A DNA stretch of 62,906 nucleotides, filler included, from Octopus bimaculoides (taxonomy: Eukaryota), in assembly GCF_001194135.2 (NCBI RefSeq). It is 3 parts of 3 records of this genome, joined end to end, with 100 filler letters (N's around TTAATTAATTAA, not from the genome) between each part and the next. Parts side by side here need not be neighbours in the genome. Positions count along the whole stretch, not along the records: positions 41,113 to 62,906 come from NC_068983.1; 2 more parts are not named here. One strand, written 5' to 3'. Below the pieces are notes generated by a model. The model saw only the letters and a program-made list of their open reading frames with translations. It had not been told where the DNA came from and searched no databases. Shown piece by piece: positions 50,413 through 62,906 of the stretch. The position numbers were made by a program, and so were the translations under genes. Every line of letters begins with the position of its first letter. Position 1 is the first letter of the stretch.

Positions 50413-50755
50413 CATTCTCTGTTGCTCGCTCGCTTGCTCGATTTCCTTCTGCCTCGCTCTTTCGCTGGAATAAGACTCATATTCTCAGACATATCGTGAG
50501 TTGACTTTATACCGTGCATAGCAGGTGAAAGATCAGGTGACGCTATCGATTTAATACTTCTACACGTTTTTCATTTAATGGGAGGAATCGAGAAATCGGA
50601 CCTCAAAGATTATATTACCCTAGCGATAGTGTCTCATGCATGTTATCCTTGGAACCATTCCAAAATCTAAGTGTACATCCATCCTTGATATAAATACCTA
50701 ACTTTAAAGGTATGAGCATGCATACATCACAGACACACACAAACACATATATTAA

Positions 50756-50987
50756 TATTGGGTTGTCCGGAAAGTTCGTGCCGATTTTTAAAGGAAAGAA
50801 AAAGGTCAATAAATACTTGCCATTACATTTTTAATCAACCAAATATAAAACGTTTTGTTGCACAATGCATCTCCATCTTTCCTTTAACTTCAAAATACCC
50901 TCTTCCCAGAATTGAGGTGGATTCATGGCAAATAAGTCGAAAGGTAAGCTACTATAAATAGGCACGATCTTTCTAGACAACCCAATA
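50756..50987. mobile_element. Mariner-derived MITE with 27-bp TIRs
   Basis: Left TATTGGGTTGTCCGGAAAGTTCGTGCC vs right (reverse complement) TATTGGGTTGTCTAGAAAGATCGTGCC; internal minus-strand WEEGILKLKERWRCIVQQN (mariner C-terminus). Confidence 0.88.
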
Positions 50988-51293
50988 TATGCCCCTATAG
51001 TTATATATATACATATATATACTTAAAAAGAGTAAATTTAGCTATTTCACTGTGCATTGGAAAATGATGAACAGACTTAATCGATTTTCACACTTACTGG
51101 GTTCGCATCCGAAGTATCTACATCAAATTGACAAATCCCTGAGAAACAAGGAGCCAATCTGTTTATATACGCAACAATCCAGTCACCGTAGAGGACTGGC
51201 GCTATTAGTTTCACACGCTGTAATTGTTTAACACTATTTAAAATCAGAGGACTGTCAACTGGGATATCAGTCCACACAATGTGAAGGCATGAT

Positions 51294-51489
51294 ATATGAG
51301 GGAGTGCTGAAAAGTTCTTGACTTTAAGGGCATAGCGACCTAAACTTCCTTGTTTTTTATAGGGGCTTAGAAAAATTGAAGGACCGCCACAATGAATGTG
51401 TGAATCTGAGAGGGGAATATGTTGAATAAGACTATAATTAACTGATCCATCTGTATTTTTCATTTACCCAAAGCCAGCACCCTTCGTAT
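51294..51489 (+). mobile_element. Second mariner-derived MITE
   Basis: Ends TATGAGGGAGTGCTG / CCAGCACCCTTCGTATA; internal KLKDRHNECVNLRGEYVE*. Confidence 0.7.
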
Positions 51490-51519
51490 ATATCCCACAC
51501 CTCTCTCGCTTTCTCTCTA

Positions 51520-51582
<63 letters not shown>

Positions 51583-52919
51583 NNNNNNNNNNNNNNNNNN
51601 NNNTATATATATATATATATATATATATATAGCGGACAGTTCTGTGATTGTAAGATCTACAAAAAAAGTACTCTATCTGGTGAGAGATAGATATTATTAT
51701 TATTATTACATAAACACAATATATGCTTTTATGTGCTACTGTTAGTTTCGTGTGCTGAGAGCATGCTAGACAGTATTCTTAATACGTCTGGTGTCAAAGC
51801 ACAATCTTCAGGCACTGCCTGGCATGCTCTCAGCATATGAAACTAATAGTAGCACATAAAAACATATATTGTGATTATTAAATAATGTATGTGTGTATGC
51901 GCGTGCGCGTGCGTGTGTCTTTTACTTGTTTTAGTCGTTAGTTTGTGGTTATATTGGTGCACTATTTGAGGGCTTTAGTCAAACAAATCTACACCGGTAC
52001 TTCGTTTTAACTCTAGTACTTATTCTATCAGTCTCTTTTGCCCAACCGTTAAGTTACGGTGTTGTAAACAAACGAACACAGGTCAAGTGGTGAGGGACAA
52101 CCACAAACAGAAAAACACACACATACATACGTACATACATACATACATTCATTCATACATACATACATACATGGAGTACCACACATTTTCCCCTCTACCA
52201 AACTCACTGATAGTTTATTTGGTCGGTCCAAGACATTTACCCAACGTACCACGCTGTGGGATTGAACCTGAATCCTCATTGTCACCATGCGAGCTACTTA
52301 ACCTCACAATGGTGCCTGAGCCTGTCTCGGTATCAACTTGATACCCATTGCAGATTCTTGCTATATTTAATAAGTAACTTAATAAATTGTTTCTATCTCC
52401 GATCATTAAGTCTGGAATGACAAAATAACTGTACTGTTCTATTTTCGTCTATTTTGACTATAAGTATGAACACTTTTGTTTTGTAAACACAAATTTACTG
52501 ACAGAATGCAAGTATGACGACACATATTGAATCATACTCATAATTGTGCAAATTACATCGTAATTATCAACCTCAGACTAGTAATTAAAATGCATTTAGA
52601 TAAACATATAATGAGAAGTAGTTGTGGGTATCAAGTTTCATTCTTGGAACCATGGCAGGATGCGTGATGAAGTCATTATTATATACGAGATTTATAAATT
52701 TAAGCTTTCCTTAAAAGCTTTAATCACATAAGTTTTGTCCTGTTAAATATAGGTTATTTTGGAATTAATGTAGTTTAAGAAACTTTTATGAATTGCAGAT
52801 TAATGCGCTGTCGATATAATCATCACCACCACCACCAGCAGCAGCAGTTAATTTCTGTAATCAATAGTGGTACGCTAAATTTTTAAGCTCCATTTCTGCA
52901 TTCATTGTGATGGCATGTG

Positions 52920-53400
52920 TGCCACAATTACCCTGTGAACTGTTCCAGCAGATTGAAAGCTTCTGGTAGATCCCCTATACTGGATAGGTCACAGGATATG
53001 GGCCACATCTTTTCAGAGGTACAAATGTGTATGCATAGTGCCAACATCACTACCTGCGGGAAAAAAGCAATGTTACAGTGTTATGTCTCAAGCTACTGCT
53101 ATCTAGCACCTTCGGATGATCTCTACTCAACCGTTACACAACTGCTACTCGATTGCTACTCAACTGCTACTCAACACTCCGGCCACGGCCAGATTACCTC
53201 TATTTATGTCTTGGGAGATCCTACTTCTTCGCTTAGGAGCGTCGACACAACATACAGACTCATTGAAGACAATTCTAAGACAAAAAGATCGGGGAGGTGA
53301 AAGCCTTCCTGCAAGGAAACATGCTAGATAATGGAAAGAAGCAGAAAAGATAGCTCAAAGTCGAGACCAAAGAAGAAAAGTCGTCGATGGACTGTCCTAA
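52920..53400 (+). mobile_element. Decayed RTE-like LINE 3' fragment
   Basis: ARLPLFMSWEILL...TDSLKTILRQKD and WKEAEKIAQSRDQRRKVVDGL resemble RTE C-termini. Confidence 0.45.
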
Positions 53401-54129
53401 AATGGAGCAAAGAGCTTCGGTAAAATTTAAGAAGCTTCTTTAAATACAAAAGTTCTCACGGCTGTCATCAAAGACAGTCTCATAGTAACAAATTAACACG
53501 TGTGCTAAGATACATTTCTCATTTATATTTTCCAGGTGTATCTAAAAGTATAAAATAAGAAATATGACTTGTTTCTAAAATCCACAATTATTTGAAAAGA
53601 TAGACTTAAACACAAATTAAGAAAAAACTATATCCCGGTATAATGACTTGCTATTAAATGTTATTTTCTGAAAGTCATACTTAATCATTCAGAAAACTGC
53701 AAGTCACCACCATTGAGATAAAACCAAATTAAACTCTAAATTTAAACAATATATATTGCAAGCGCCTTGGGTATATATTGTAAATTGTTATATCTAGTGT
53801 AACGCTGTCATTGAAAACTGAAGCATATCTCTTTCTCTTGAGAAGTGTGAGCCAAGGAATACAGCTGTTTTTGGCCCATTATGCATGGCAAAGAAATATC
53901 TTGTTAAAAATTAAGGTGTACAGCTGATCAGGAAAAGATGAATTAGTTTATGAGATTTCTTAATGTGAAGAGATTCCTCTTTTGGCGATGCTAAAATATT
54001 TTGAAGTACTTTCCTTTTGTGATTTATATGCTTTCCTCTAATTCTTTATCGCGGGAGAAGTTTCGAGTCCCCTAGTCATTCAATATCTATTGATTAATTT
54101 AAGTAAAAACTTGAAGGAGAATTACTCAT

Positions 54130-54600
54130 CATACTAACAGAAAAATAATGCAAAATACCAATGACATTGACAAGAACAGTACCTGCTTGAACCTGTGATA
54201 ATTGCTATGTGTCTCACTTTGAAAGTTATACTTTTCCTATGCAGGAACAAGAGACTGCAAAAAAGTATCTGATTAATAAGAGAGATAAGGATTCCTCTGG
54301 ACATTAACGCTGTGACATAAAATGTCAATTGTAACATACCAGCGTAAAAAATATCACCCACATCATCAGCAGCCGTCCAAAAATGTCCGCAAAGATATTA
54401 CCTTTCAATAAGACATGACATTGTCGCTAAGACCATCTGCAATCTCGTCTACAGAAATGATCGCTCTGGTAGCCATACCGAAGGCACATCAGTACTAAAA
54501 TGTACCTCCAGCTTTAAAATTGAATACAAGAGAACCATTCCAATCCGGTGTAAAAGTCATGCGCTGTTGTAGCGCTCAATTGGCTAGCTGAGATGAATAT
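54130..54600 (+). mobile_element. Decayed R4/Dong-clade LINE fragment (CCHC/RLE region)
   Basis: SHFESYTFPMQEQETAKKYLINKRDKDS...CDIKCQL*...ITHIISSRPKMS...RHDIVAKTI matches the R4-type QEQ...C..C...HI.S.C...RHD.VAK pattern. Confidence 0.7.
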
Positions 54601-55283
54601 ATCGTCAAAAATTTGAGGAAATAAGAAAGCTATGAAGAACAAGTGAGAAACGTACAGGCCTTATATACAGGTAATAGATATTCATATGTAACTTTTATCA
54701 TAGGTACACGGGACAATTTAATAAAAATATCTTTATAAAATAACCTAGAACTGCTGAGGATCTTCAAGAAAGAACAAAGCATTCGTATTCTCCAAACGCA
54801 ATTGATTAATGGTAAAATATTCCTCGGATTCTCTTCTTGAAGCTCGTGGAGTAAATATAAGCGCATAATCACATTTAAGTATGAACTCACGTTCACTCAC
54901 ACACGTACAAAGAGCAAATAAAGACACACACACACTTAAGCATAAATTAGCTACGCAGACAGCCTGAGTGTAAGTTTATCACTTAGACACGCATACACAC
55001 ATATATATACACAGGCTTACATACACACACTTTCACAAATTCCCGTATCCATAAACTATAAGAGCCGTCTTGACATAAACAAAAGAGATTTGCCATTTTG
55101 TTATTGAACGAGTTGAAATCTGTGAGGGGGAAAAAAACTTAAATAAATCTCAAAGAACATTCACAAACACGTATACATGCATACACACATATGTACATAC
55201 GTACACATAGAAATGAAAAGAAGGTAAAGAAAGACAGTGAGAAAGGGGAAATGCTACTTTTATAATCAGACACATGGCCATAG

Positions 55284-55332
<49 letters not shown>

Positions 55333-55403
55333 TGGATAGATAGATAGATAGATAGATAGATGGATGGATACATACATACATACACACATACATACATACA
55401 TAG

Positions 55404-55447
<44 letters not shown>

Positions 55448-55458
55448 TCATACACATA

Positions 55459-55490
<32 letters not shown>

Positions 55491-55497
55491 GAGATAG

Positions 55498-55539
<42 letters not shown>

Positions 55540-57284
55540 GGGGAGAGGGAGATGCAGGCAGTGAATTCGATGCCATTCATATCAATATATTCGAAATTCT
55601 CTATTATCACAATTAGGCGCCTGGATATCGATCACAATTACAGGAGACTAGTTCATATTGAATGTAATGAGAAAATTCAGCCAAAGAAAAAATCCGGAGG
55701 GAACTGTCAAAAGCTCTACCTGCCTTCTTTTATAAATTAGCGGAGTGTTCAAACAGTGTTTATTTCTTTTTCGTTTTCTTGATGGAAAAGCTTGCGTGAG
55801 GTCTTGTCTAAATGAGTATGTTCGAACGTTTGTCTTTTTATGTAGGCATATGTGCGTTTTCGCGTTATATTTGTGCTTGTGTTTCTTGTTACCCGAATGT
55901 AGGTATAATTATGTGAGGTCGATGGTGTATGGATGTATACAAACCTATATCTACCTACCTATATATATATGTATATATATGTATATATATGTATATATAT
56001 GTATATATATGTATATATATATATATAATNNNNNNNNNNNNNNNNNNNNNNNNNNNNNNNNNNNNNNNNNNNNNNNNNNNNNNNNNNNNNNNNNNNNNNN
56101 NNNNNNNNNNNNNNNNNNNNNNNNNNNNNNNNNNNNNNNNNNNNNNNNNNNNNNNNNNNNNNNNNNNNNNNNNNNNNNNNNNNNNNNNNNNNNNNNNNNN
56201 NNNNNNNNNNNNNNNNNNNNNNNNNNNNNNNNNNNNNNNNNNNNNNNNNNNNNNNNNNNNNNNNNNNNNNNNNNNNNNNNNNNNNNNNNNNNNNNNNNNN
56301 NNNNNNNNNNNNNNNNNNNNNNNNNNNNNNNNNNNNNNNNNNNNNNNNNNNNNNNNNNNNNNNNNNNNNNNNNNNNNNNNNNNNNNNNNNNNNNNNNNNN
56401 NNNNNNNNNNNNNNNNNNNNNNNNNNNNNNNNNNNNNNNNNNNNNNNNNNNNNNNNNNNNNNNNNNNNNNNNNNNNNNNNNNNNNNNNNNNNNNNNNNNN
56501 NNNNNNNNNNNNNNNNNNNNNNNNNNNNNNNNNNNNNNNNNNNNNNNNNNNNNNNNNNNNNNNNNNNNNNNNNNNNNNNNNNNNNNNNNNNNNNNNNNNN
56601 NNNNNNNNNNNNNNNNNNNNNNNNNNNNNNNNNNNNNNNNNNNNNNNNNNNNNNNNNNNNNNNNNNNNNNNNNNNNNNNNNNNNNNNNNNNNNNNNNNNN
56701 NGACGGCGTATTTTGGTAAAGTAATTTCACCAACTACGAAACACCAGATTCATTTGACAGCCTCTCTTCTACATTTTATATTTCATTTGTCTTTCTATGT
56801 ATTTTTGCTTTTACATTTTAGTTCATTTTCATGTGGATGTGTTTGTTTTTAGTTCTCTTGTTGTTTGTATTGTATATGTGTGTGTGTTTGTGTGTCTTTT
56901 TTTCTGTTCTTTCTCACGCTTTTTTTTTTGTTTTTCTTTATCCGGTTTTCTTTTTTGCATTTTGGAATAAATCATAACAGTAAATAGTGGAATGTTTAGC
57001 CTGAGGTGAGCAGCAGTCATATTCATTGAATACTGAACTGAGATAAAAAATTTTGGAAACAAAAGGAAAAAATTTTACAGCATTCAACGTCGGAAAGCGA
57101 TCACAAGACTTCATAATAACGGTATTTCGCGAGTGTGGTTACCAGAATTGCATCTACTTCGACTTCGACCACGATGCTATGAGGTAGGAAGGATGTGTTG
57201 TAGCGGTGTGGAACGAAAAGTTCTAATGAAAGATAAAGACACACACATACACACATACACACACGCGCACCGCACTCACACTAT

Positions 57285-57963
57285 AATCTTTTCGGCAATA
57301 AGCACGAGACCTGAAATTTTGTGGGAGGAGACTAGACGATTAAATTGGCTCCAGTGTTCAACTGGCGACTTATTTTATCGACTTCGAAAGGATGAAAGAG
57401 AAAGTCGACCCAGGTGCCATTTGAACTCAGAACATAAAGTCGGAAGAAACGCCGCTAAGCATTTTGTCCGGCGTCGTAACGATACTGCGAAATCGCCGCC
57501 TTACACACACACAAAATAATGATTTCAGATTTCGGCAGAAGGGCAGTAATTTCGGTGGAGGGAGTAAGTTGATTACATCGACCCCAGTGCGTAAGTGGTA
57601 CTTAATTTATCGACCCCGAAAGGATGAAAGGCAAAGTTGACCTCGGTGGAATTTGAACTCTGAACGTAAAGAAGGACGAAAAACTGCTAAACCTTTTGCA
57701 CGGCGCGCTAACAAGCACATACACATACACACACACACATAAAATAATTATTTCTACTAAAGGCACAAGACCTGAAATTTGAGGGGTGGGGATTTGTCGA
57801 TAATATCGACCGCCAGTGTTTCACTGGTATTTAATTTATCGACACCGAAAGATTGAAAGTCAAAGTCGACTTCAGCGGAATTTGAACTCAGAACATAGCG
57901 ACGGGCAAAATAACGCTAAGCATTTTGTCCAGCGTGCTAACGATTCTGCCAGCTCACCACCTT
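57285..57963 (-). mobile_element. Three tandem SINE family A copies (two further decayed copies at 58370-58895)
   Basis: Repeated GATTA.ATCGACCCC...GAAAGGATGAAAG..AAAGTCGACC...GAACTCAGAAC...GCTAAGCATTTTGTCC. Confidence 0.85.
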
Positions 57964-59084
57964 ACCACCTACCCACCGGCCATCCATGTATTGATGAAGT
58001 GGAAGAGATTGCGTAGTATTTATTCCTTAGGCACTGAATATAAATTTAGGTTCCGAAATGAAATTATCACAGGTAAAATTATCACAGCTCCGAGAATCGA
58101 AACAAGATCGTGGTCTCGCTCAGCTCATTCCGATCTTACTGCTTCTTTGATGATGAATAGCTGAGAGCATCTTCCTGACCCCTTGTCTCGTTAGAAATAT
58201 CAAGTGTTTCATCCTCCAATATCCTACTGTCTTAAAGATAAGATATGACACTACTGGATAATCTAGTCATAGATATACAATGGCAGAACCTCAAGTCGGA
58301 ATGGTCATGGCTGGAATGTCTTTAGTCATATGTCTGCTTGACCAGGATTGACGTGGAGTAAGCAATAACAATAATGGTTTAGATTTTGGTAGTAGCCAGC
58401 CATTTTCGAGCGGATGAAGTAAGTCGATTTAACTGAACCCAGGGCTCAGCTGGTACCCCTTTTACTGCTCCTGAATGGAATGGAGAGTAAAATCTATCTT
58501 GGAGGACTTTGAACTCATAATGTAAAAATCCAGAAGAAATACCTCAAAGCATTTTGTTCGACGCTCTAACAATTTTACCGGCTCGCCACCTCGGCATTTT
58601 TTCGGAGTTAATAAAAGAAGTACTAGTTAAACACTAGGGTCGAGGTATCCGACTTGTTCCTTATCCTCAAACTGCTGGCCTTGTGCGAAAATAAGGAATA
58701 AATTTAGCACAAGGGTGAGGACGTGAGATAATTGATTACATCGACGCCAGAACTTAACTGGCGTTTATTCTGATAACTCCGAATGGGATTAAAGACAAAG
58801 TTCACATCAAACGCATTTGAACTCAAAAGTTAGAGCCGAAAAAATGCCGCTAAGCATTTTGTCCGGTGCGGTAACGATTCAGCCGGCTCACTGCTATAAC
58901 GACGATCATATTTGTCACTAGACAGAGATTATGTATATTTTCGCGAAGTCTGTCGTCTATGTCTTTCGATAAGTTAGGCAGTAACCTTATGTATTTTCCT
59001 AAGCAAAGTAACAACCTGGTTTCTAGCTTCGACTGGGAATTGAAACTGCATCACTGTCATTTGTCACAAGACATGAATTTATAA

Positions 59085-59752
59085 TACTCTCTTTACTCTC
59101 TTTTACTTGTGTCAGTCATTTGACTGCAGCCATGCTGGACCACCACCTTTCGTCTAGAAAATCGACCCCACGACTTATTCTTTGTAAGCCTAGTACTTAT
59201 TCTATCGGTCTCTTTTTACCGAACCGCTATGTTACGGGGACGTAAACACACCAGCATCGGTTGTCAAGTGATGGTGGGGGGACAAATATAGACNNNNNNN
59301 NNNNNNNNNNNNNNNNNNNNNNNNNNNNNNNNNNNNNNNNNNNNNNNNNNNNNNNNNNNNNNNNNNNNNNNNNNNNNNNNNNNNNNNNNNNNNNNNNNNN
59401 NNNNNNNNNTTTATATATATATAATTATAATAATACTAGGGACAAAATCCAAAATTACAGGTAAAAACTCAATTAAAATCAATTTATAAAAAATTAAAAT
59501 TAAATTGATAGTGGATTTTCATCGATGAGTTCTTGAAACTTGGTTATTTTCCCTAAAACTATATATTATATATATATATATATACATATATACGACGGGC
59601 TGCTTTCAGTTTCTGTCTACCAAATCCACTCACAAGGCTTTGGTCGGCCCGAGGCTATAGTAGAAGACACTTGCCCAAGGTGCCACACATTGGGACTGAA
59701 CCCGGAACCATGTGGTTGGTAAGCAAGCTACTTACCACACAGCCACTCCTGC
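59085..59752 (-). mobile_element. SINE family C interrupted by a gap and the AT-rich module
   Basis: Both halves match 48378-48784. Confidence 0.85.
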
Positions 59753-59929
59753 AATATGCATCTTTATTTATTTAATGGGGACATTTACTCACTGATAGTG
59801 TTGTACAACTCTTAGAAATTATTTTGGTGTATACCCAATAAGATAAATAAGCGGAAAGAATATATCTTCAATATTCAAAAATAAAGGAGAAATTATGTGC
59901 GCATTTTAGATCTAGTATACTTATAATGA

Positions 59930-61010
59930 ATCCGCTCCGCTTCACCGTCGGATTGGATAGAGTTGCTCGAAGCATCACGGCTCCTTTCAATGTCCAGTAT
60001 CAGGACGATGCAATGAAAGGCGGGCCCGTAGAGAGTGTCTTCGATCTGTGGTTGCCGCTCTGGTAAGGATCGGCCTCGAGATAAATTTGTCCAAGTCGTG
60101 AACATCAAGTACAACGCAGAGACCTTCGTGGCCTCCGTCTGAGACATGCGATCATTATTTCACCAGATGAAGAGGATGTCCTTATCCTTGGTTCAGCGAT
60201 GCCCCCGCCTGCCATTCACTCTACCCTCAGGTTTAGGCTTCGCGGGCTCGAAACTCTGAGAAGCAGATTGAATGATATCGATGCCCATCATGTATTCTTC
60301 CTGTTAAGGAACTACTTCATCATGCGGAAGCTTTTGTATACCTTGTGCAGTAACCTTGCAACGGCCATGCATCTCTTCTCACACAGATTTCAACACCTGT
60401 ATCCAACCGGTCACTAAATAGGTATGTATCGTCCTGTTTGACGACGTTGGATGGCAACAAACAGGCCACTTTACTCGTCAGATATGACGGCCTCGGCCGC
60501 CGGTCTCCGCTCTCAGTGGTCCTAACAGCATATTTCCCTTGTCGAGTTATTGTCATGTCCTCATCAACAAGGTTCTCCACAAAGTAGCTGAACTTATTGT
60601 GATAAGGGAGCACGAGCGTCTTACGCCAATGGAGCCAGCTTGGTCTCTGCTCTGCGTACGTCCCATCCTTCTGTTCCCTTTGTAGAGGTCCGCTCCTCCC
60701 AATACAAATGATACGCTATCCAGTGCAGCATGATCTCGGAAGAGCTGATGAGACGACTTGATCAGCACCGTCTGGCATGCTTCTGCTCGGCTTCTCAGCC
60801 CCACAGCGGTGTCTGGCTCAACACAGCGCCGTCACTCTCGACTGGCACTCAGTTTGATAGCGACTATCTGCGCATCGTCGTTTCCTTAAGGCTTGGCCTC
60901 CAGATCTGTCAGCCTTGCAAATGCCGCTGCAGAACCACTGTTTATTCTTTCGGCCTCCACCCATTGTTGTGCTATTGTAGTGTTAGCCGCATTCCCTTTG
61001 TAACAAGAAT
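59930..61010 (+). mobile_element. Decayed CRE-like (RLE-type) non-LTR retrotransposon fragment, RT domain 5 to zinc finger
   Basis: VQYQDDAMKGGPVESV...IGLEINLSK; LRSRLNDIDAHHVFFLLRNYF..KLLY; SASQPHSGVWLNTAPS...LRIVVSLRLGLQICQPCKCRC...FGLHPLLC; frameshifted. Confidence 0.7.
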
Positions 61011-61184
61011 TGATTACTTCACAATGTCCCTTGAAAAGCTAGTTTAAATAGCGAAAACCGGTTGGATATCACTACATCCATAAAATACGTATATATATTT
61101 TAAAATTTCTTTATAAAGAGATATTAAACTATGAGAAACGAAGGGATTTGTCTTGCACCTTTTATATTTTCCACATATTTTCAA

Positions 61185-61219
<35 letters not shown>

Positions 61220-61486
61220 NNNNNNNNNNNNNNNNNNNNNNNNNNNNNNNNNNNNNNNNNNNNNNNNNNNNNNNNNNNNNNNNNNNNNNNNNNNNNNNNN
61301 NNNNNNNNNNNNNNNNNNNNNNNNNNNNNNNNNNNNNNNNNNNNNNNNNNNNNNNNNNNNNNNNNNNNNNNNNNNNNNNNNNNNNNNNNNNNNNNNNNNN
61401 NNNNNNNNNNNNNNNNNNNNNNNNNNNNNNNNNNNNNNNNNNNNNNNNNNNNNNNNNNNNNNNNNNNNNNNNNNNNNNNNNNNNNN

Positions 61487-61531
<45 letters not shown>

Positions 61532-62342
61532 TAGACAGATGGTTCTACACTCGCAAATATTGTCTACAAGCGAAGTAAATCGGTGCAAAGCTTATGTACA
61601 TGTAACTTTTCACCGTTGTCTCCATCGAGAATCCAGCGTCGAAGCTGTGGCTCTTTGAAACGAATCAGCCTCCCTTTTTATGGCAAAATTACTCATAGCT
61701 ATCAAAATAAAGATGGTGTACATATATATATATTTCACAATTTGTTAACATTTACCATTCGTAATATGCGATTCGGCGTCAATAAGAGTCAACAAAATAC
61801 AGCCGAATCAATAACACTTTGCTTTATTTGTAGATAAATTCCACATTAACATGTGGTTTCCTTTGTAAATAGCGCAACTCCGACAAAGAATAAATTCTAA
61901 AGTGTAATGCATAAACAAACTTATATTTAAACAACATATATGTCAACATACAGACAATTTATAACCCGTAGATGACAGATCGAACTGGGTGCACATCTGA
62001 ATTTAATGCTCTTCATGGTTACCTATGCTTCAATGTGTGTGAGTGTGTGTGTGTGGGGGGGGGGCTGTTTGTATGTGTGTGTGTGTGTATATATACATGG
62101 GTAGAAAAATATTTCTATTACTCCATTTCATATAATTTTCTCACATTTTTTGGCCTTTCCTTTTTGATATACACACCCATGCACGGGCACACGGTCTAAC
62201 ATACGCATGCACTCACACACACACATCTTACATAGTGCATAGAAATATATATATATATATATATATACACACGCATACACATACACATATGAATAAGAGT
62301 GTGAGATAGTGGCACAAAGAGAGAAAGAAGTGTGTATGTATA

Positions 62343-62385
<43 letters not shown>

Positions 62386-62673
62386 CTGCATGTTTGTGTA
62401 CCTGAATGTACGTATCTGAGTGCGTGTTTTGTGTATGTATGTATGTATGTATGTCCGTGTAAGTATGTGTACATGTTTCCGATTGGAAATTCAGAGTTTG
62501 TTTTGATCTACCACTTGACTGATGGCTAAGTTATATCTAGAAAGAGAAACATCAAGCATCTTATGCTCGTCCATCGACGTCTAACAATAACCGTCCGCAC
62601 TTTAATGTCCAAGAAACTTTCAAACTGTTATTATTATTATTATTATTATCTTTTTATAATAATAATAATAATA

Positions 62674-62676
<3 letters not shown>

Positions 62677-62742
<66 letters not shown>

Positions 62743-62906
62743 GTTCAGTAGTTTTATTTTTATAGCGTGCCTTCACTTCACTACCGAGCGCAGCTGTGTG
62801 CGCCTTGGGTATGTGCTGTGGTTTATTGCGATGCTCTTATGGTTACTGTATTGAAGGTGTTTTGCGTAGGATGTGTGCAGTGCCCAGTAGTGCAATTTTC
62901 TGTATC
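62677..62906 (-). mobile_element. R4/Dong LINE 3' end with (AAT)n tail, running off the window edge
   Basis: Minus strand IQKIALLGTAHILRKTPSIQ*, then a short 3' UTR and an (AAT)n tail. Confidence 0.8.

Overview
AT-rich, microsatellite- and transposon-dense eukaryotic DNA. The SINE families and repeat style point to an octopus (cephalopod) genome; this is recalled, not verified. Two artificial 100-bp spacers (44N-TTAATTAATTAA-44N at 20456-20555 and 41013-41112) split the window into three assembly blocks. Left block (1-20455): CpG-depleted and intron-like, with decayed SINEs, Tx1/L1, RTE, piggyBac and Tc1 remnants; no gene could be assigned. Middle block (20556-41012): a head-to-tail tandem array (about 7-8 kb unit) of three paralogous spliced genes on the + strand, not recovered as whole genes by the ORF track. 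They encode about 220-aa proteins with ten invariant cysteines, a probable signal peptide and a possible GPI-type tail. Copies A and B have coding exons 2-5; copy C is cut by the scaffold join after exon 3. The N-terminal domain has diverged far more than the C-terminal one. Right block (41113-62906): mostly SINEs plus Penelope-like, mariner MITE, RTE, R4/Dong and CRE-like fragments, one well-formed minimal hammerhead ribozyme motif, and a few unassigned exon candidates. All alignments and identity counts were done by eye.
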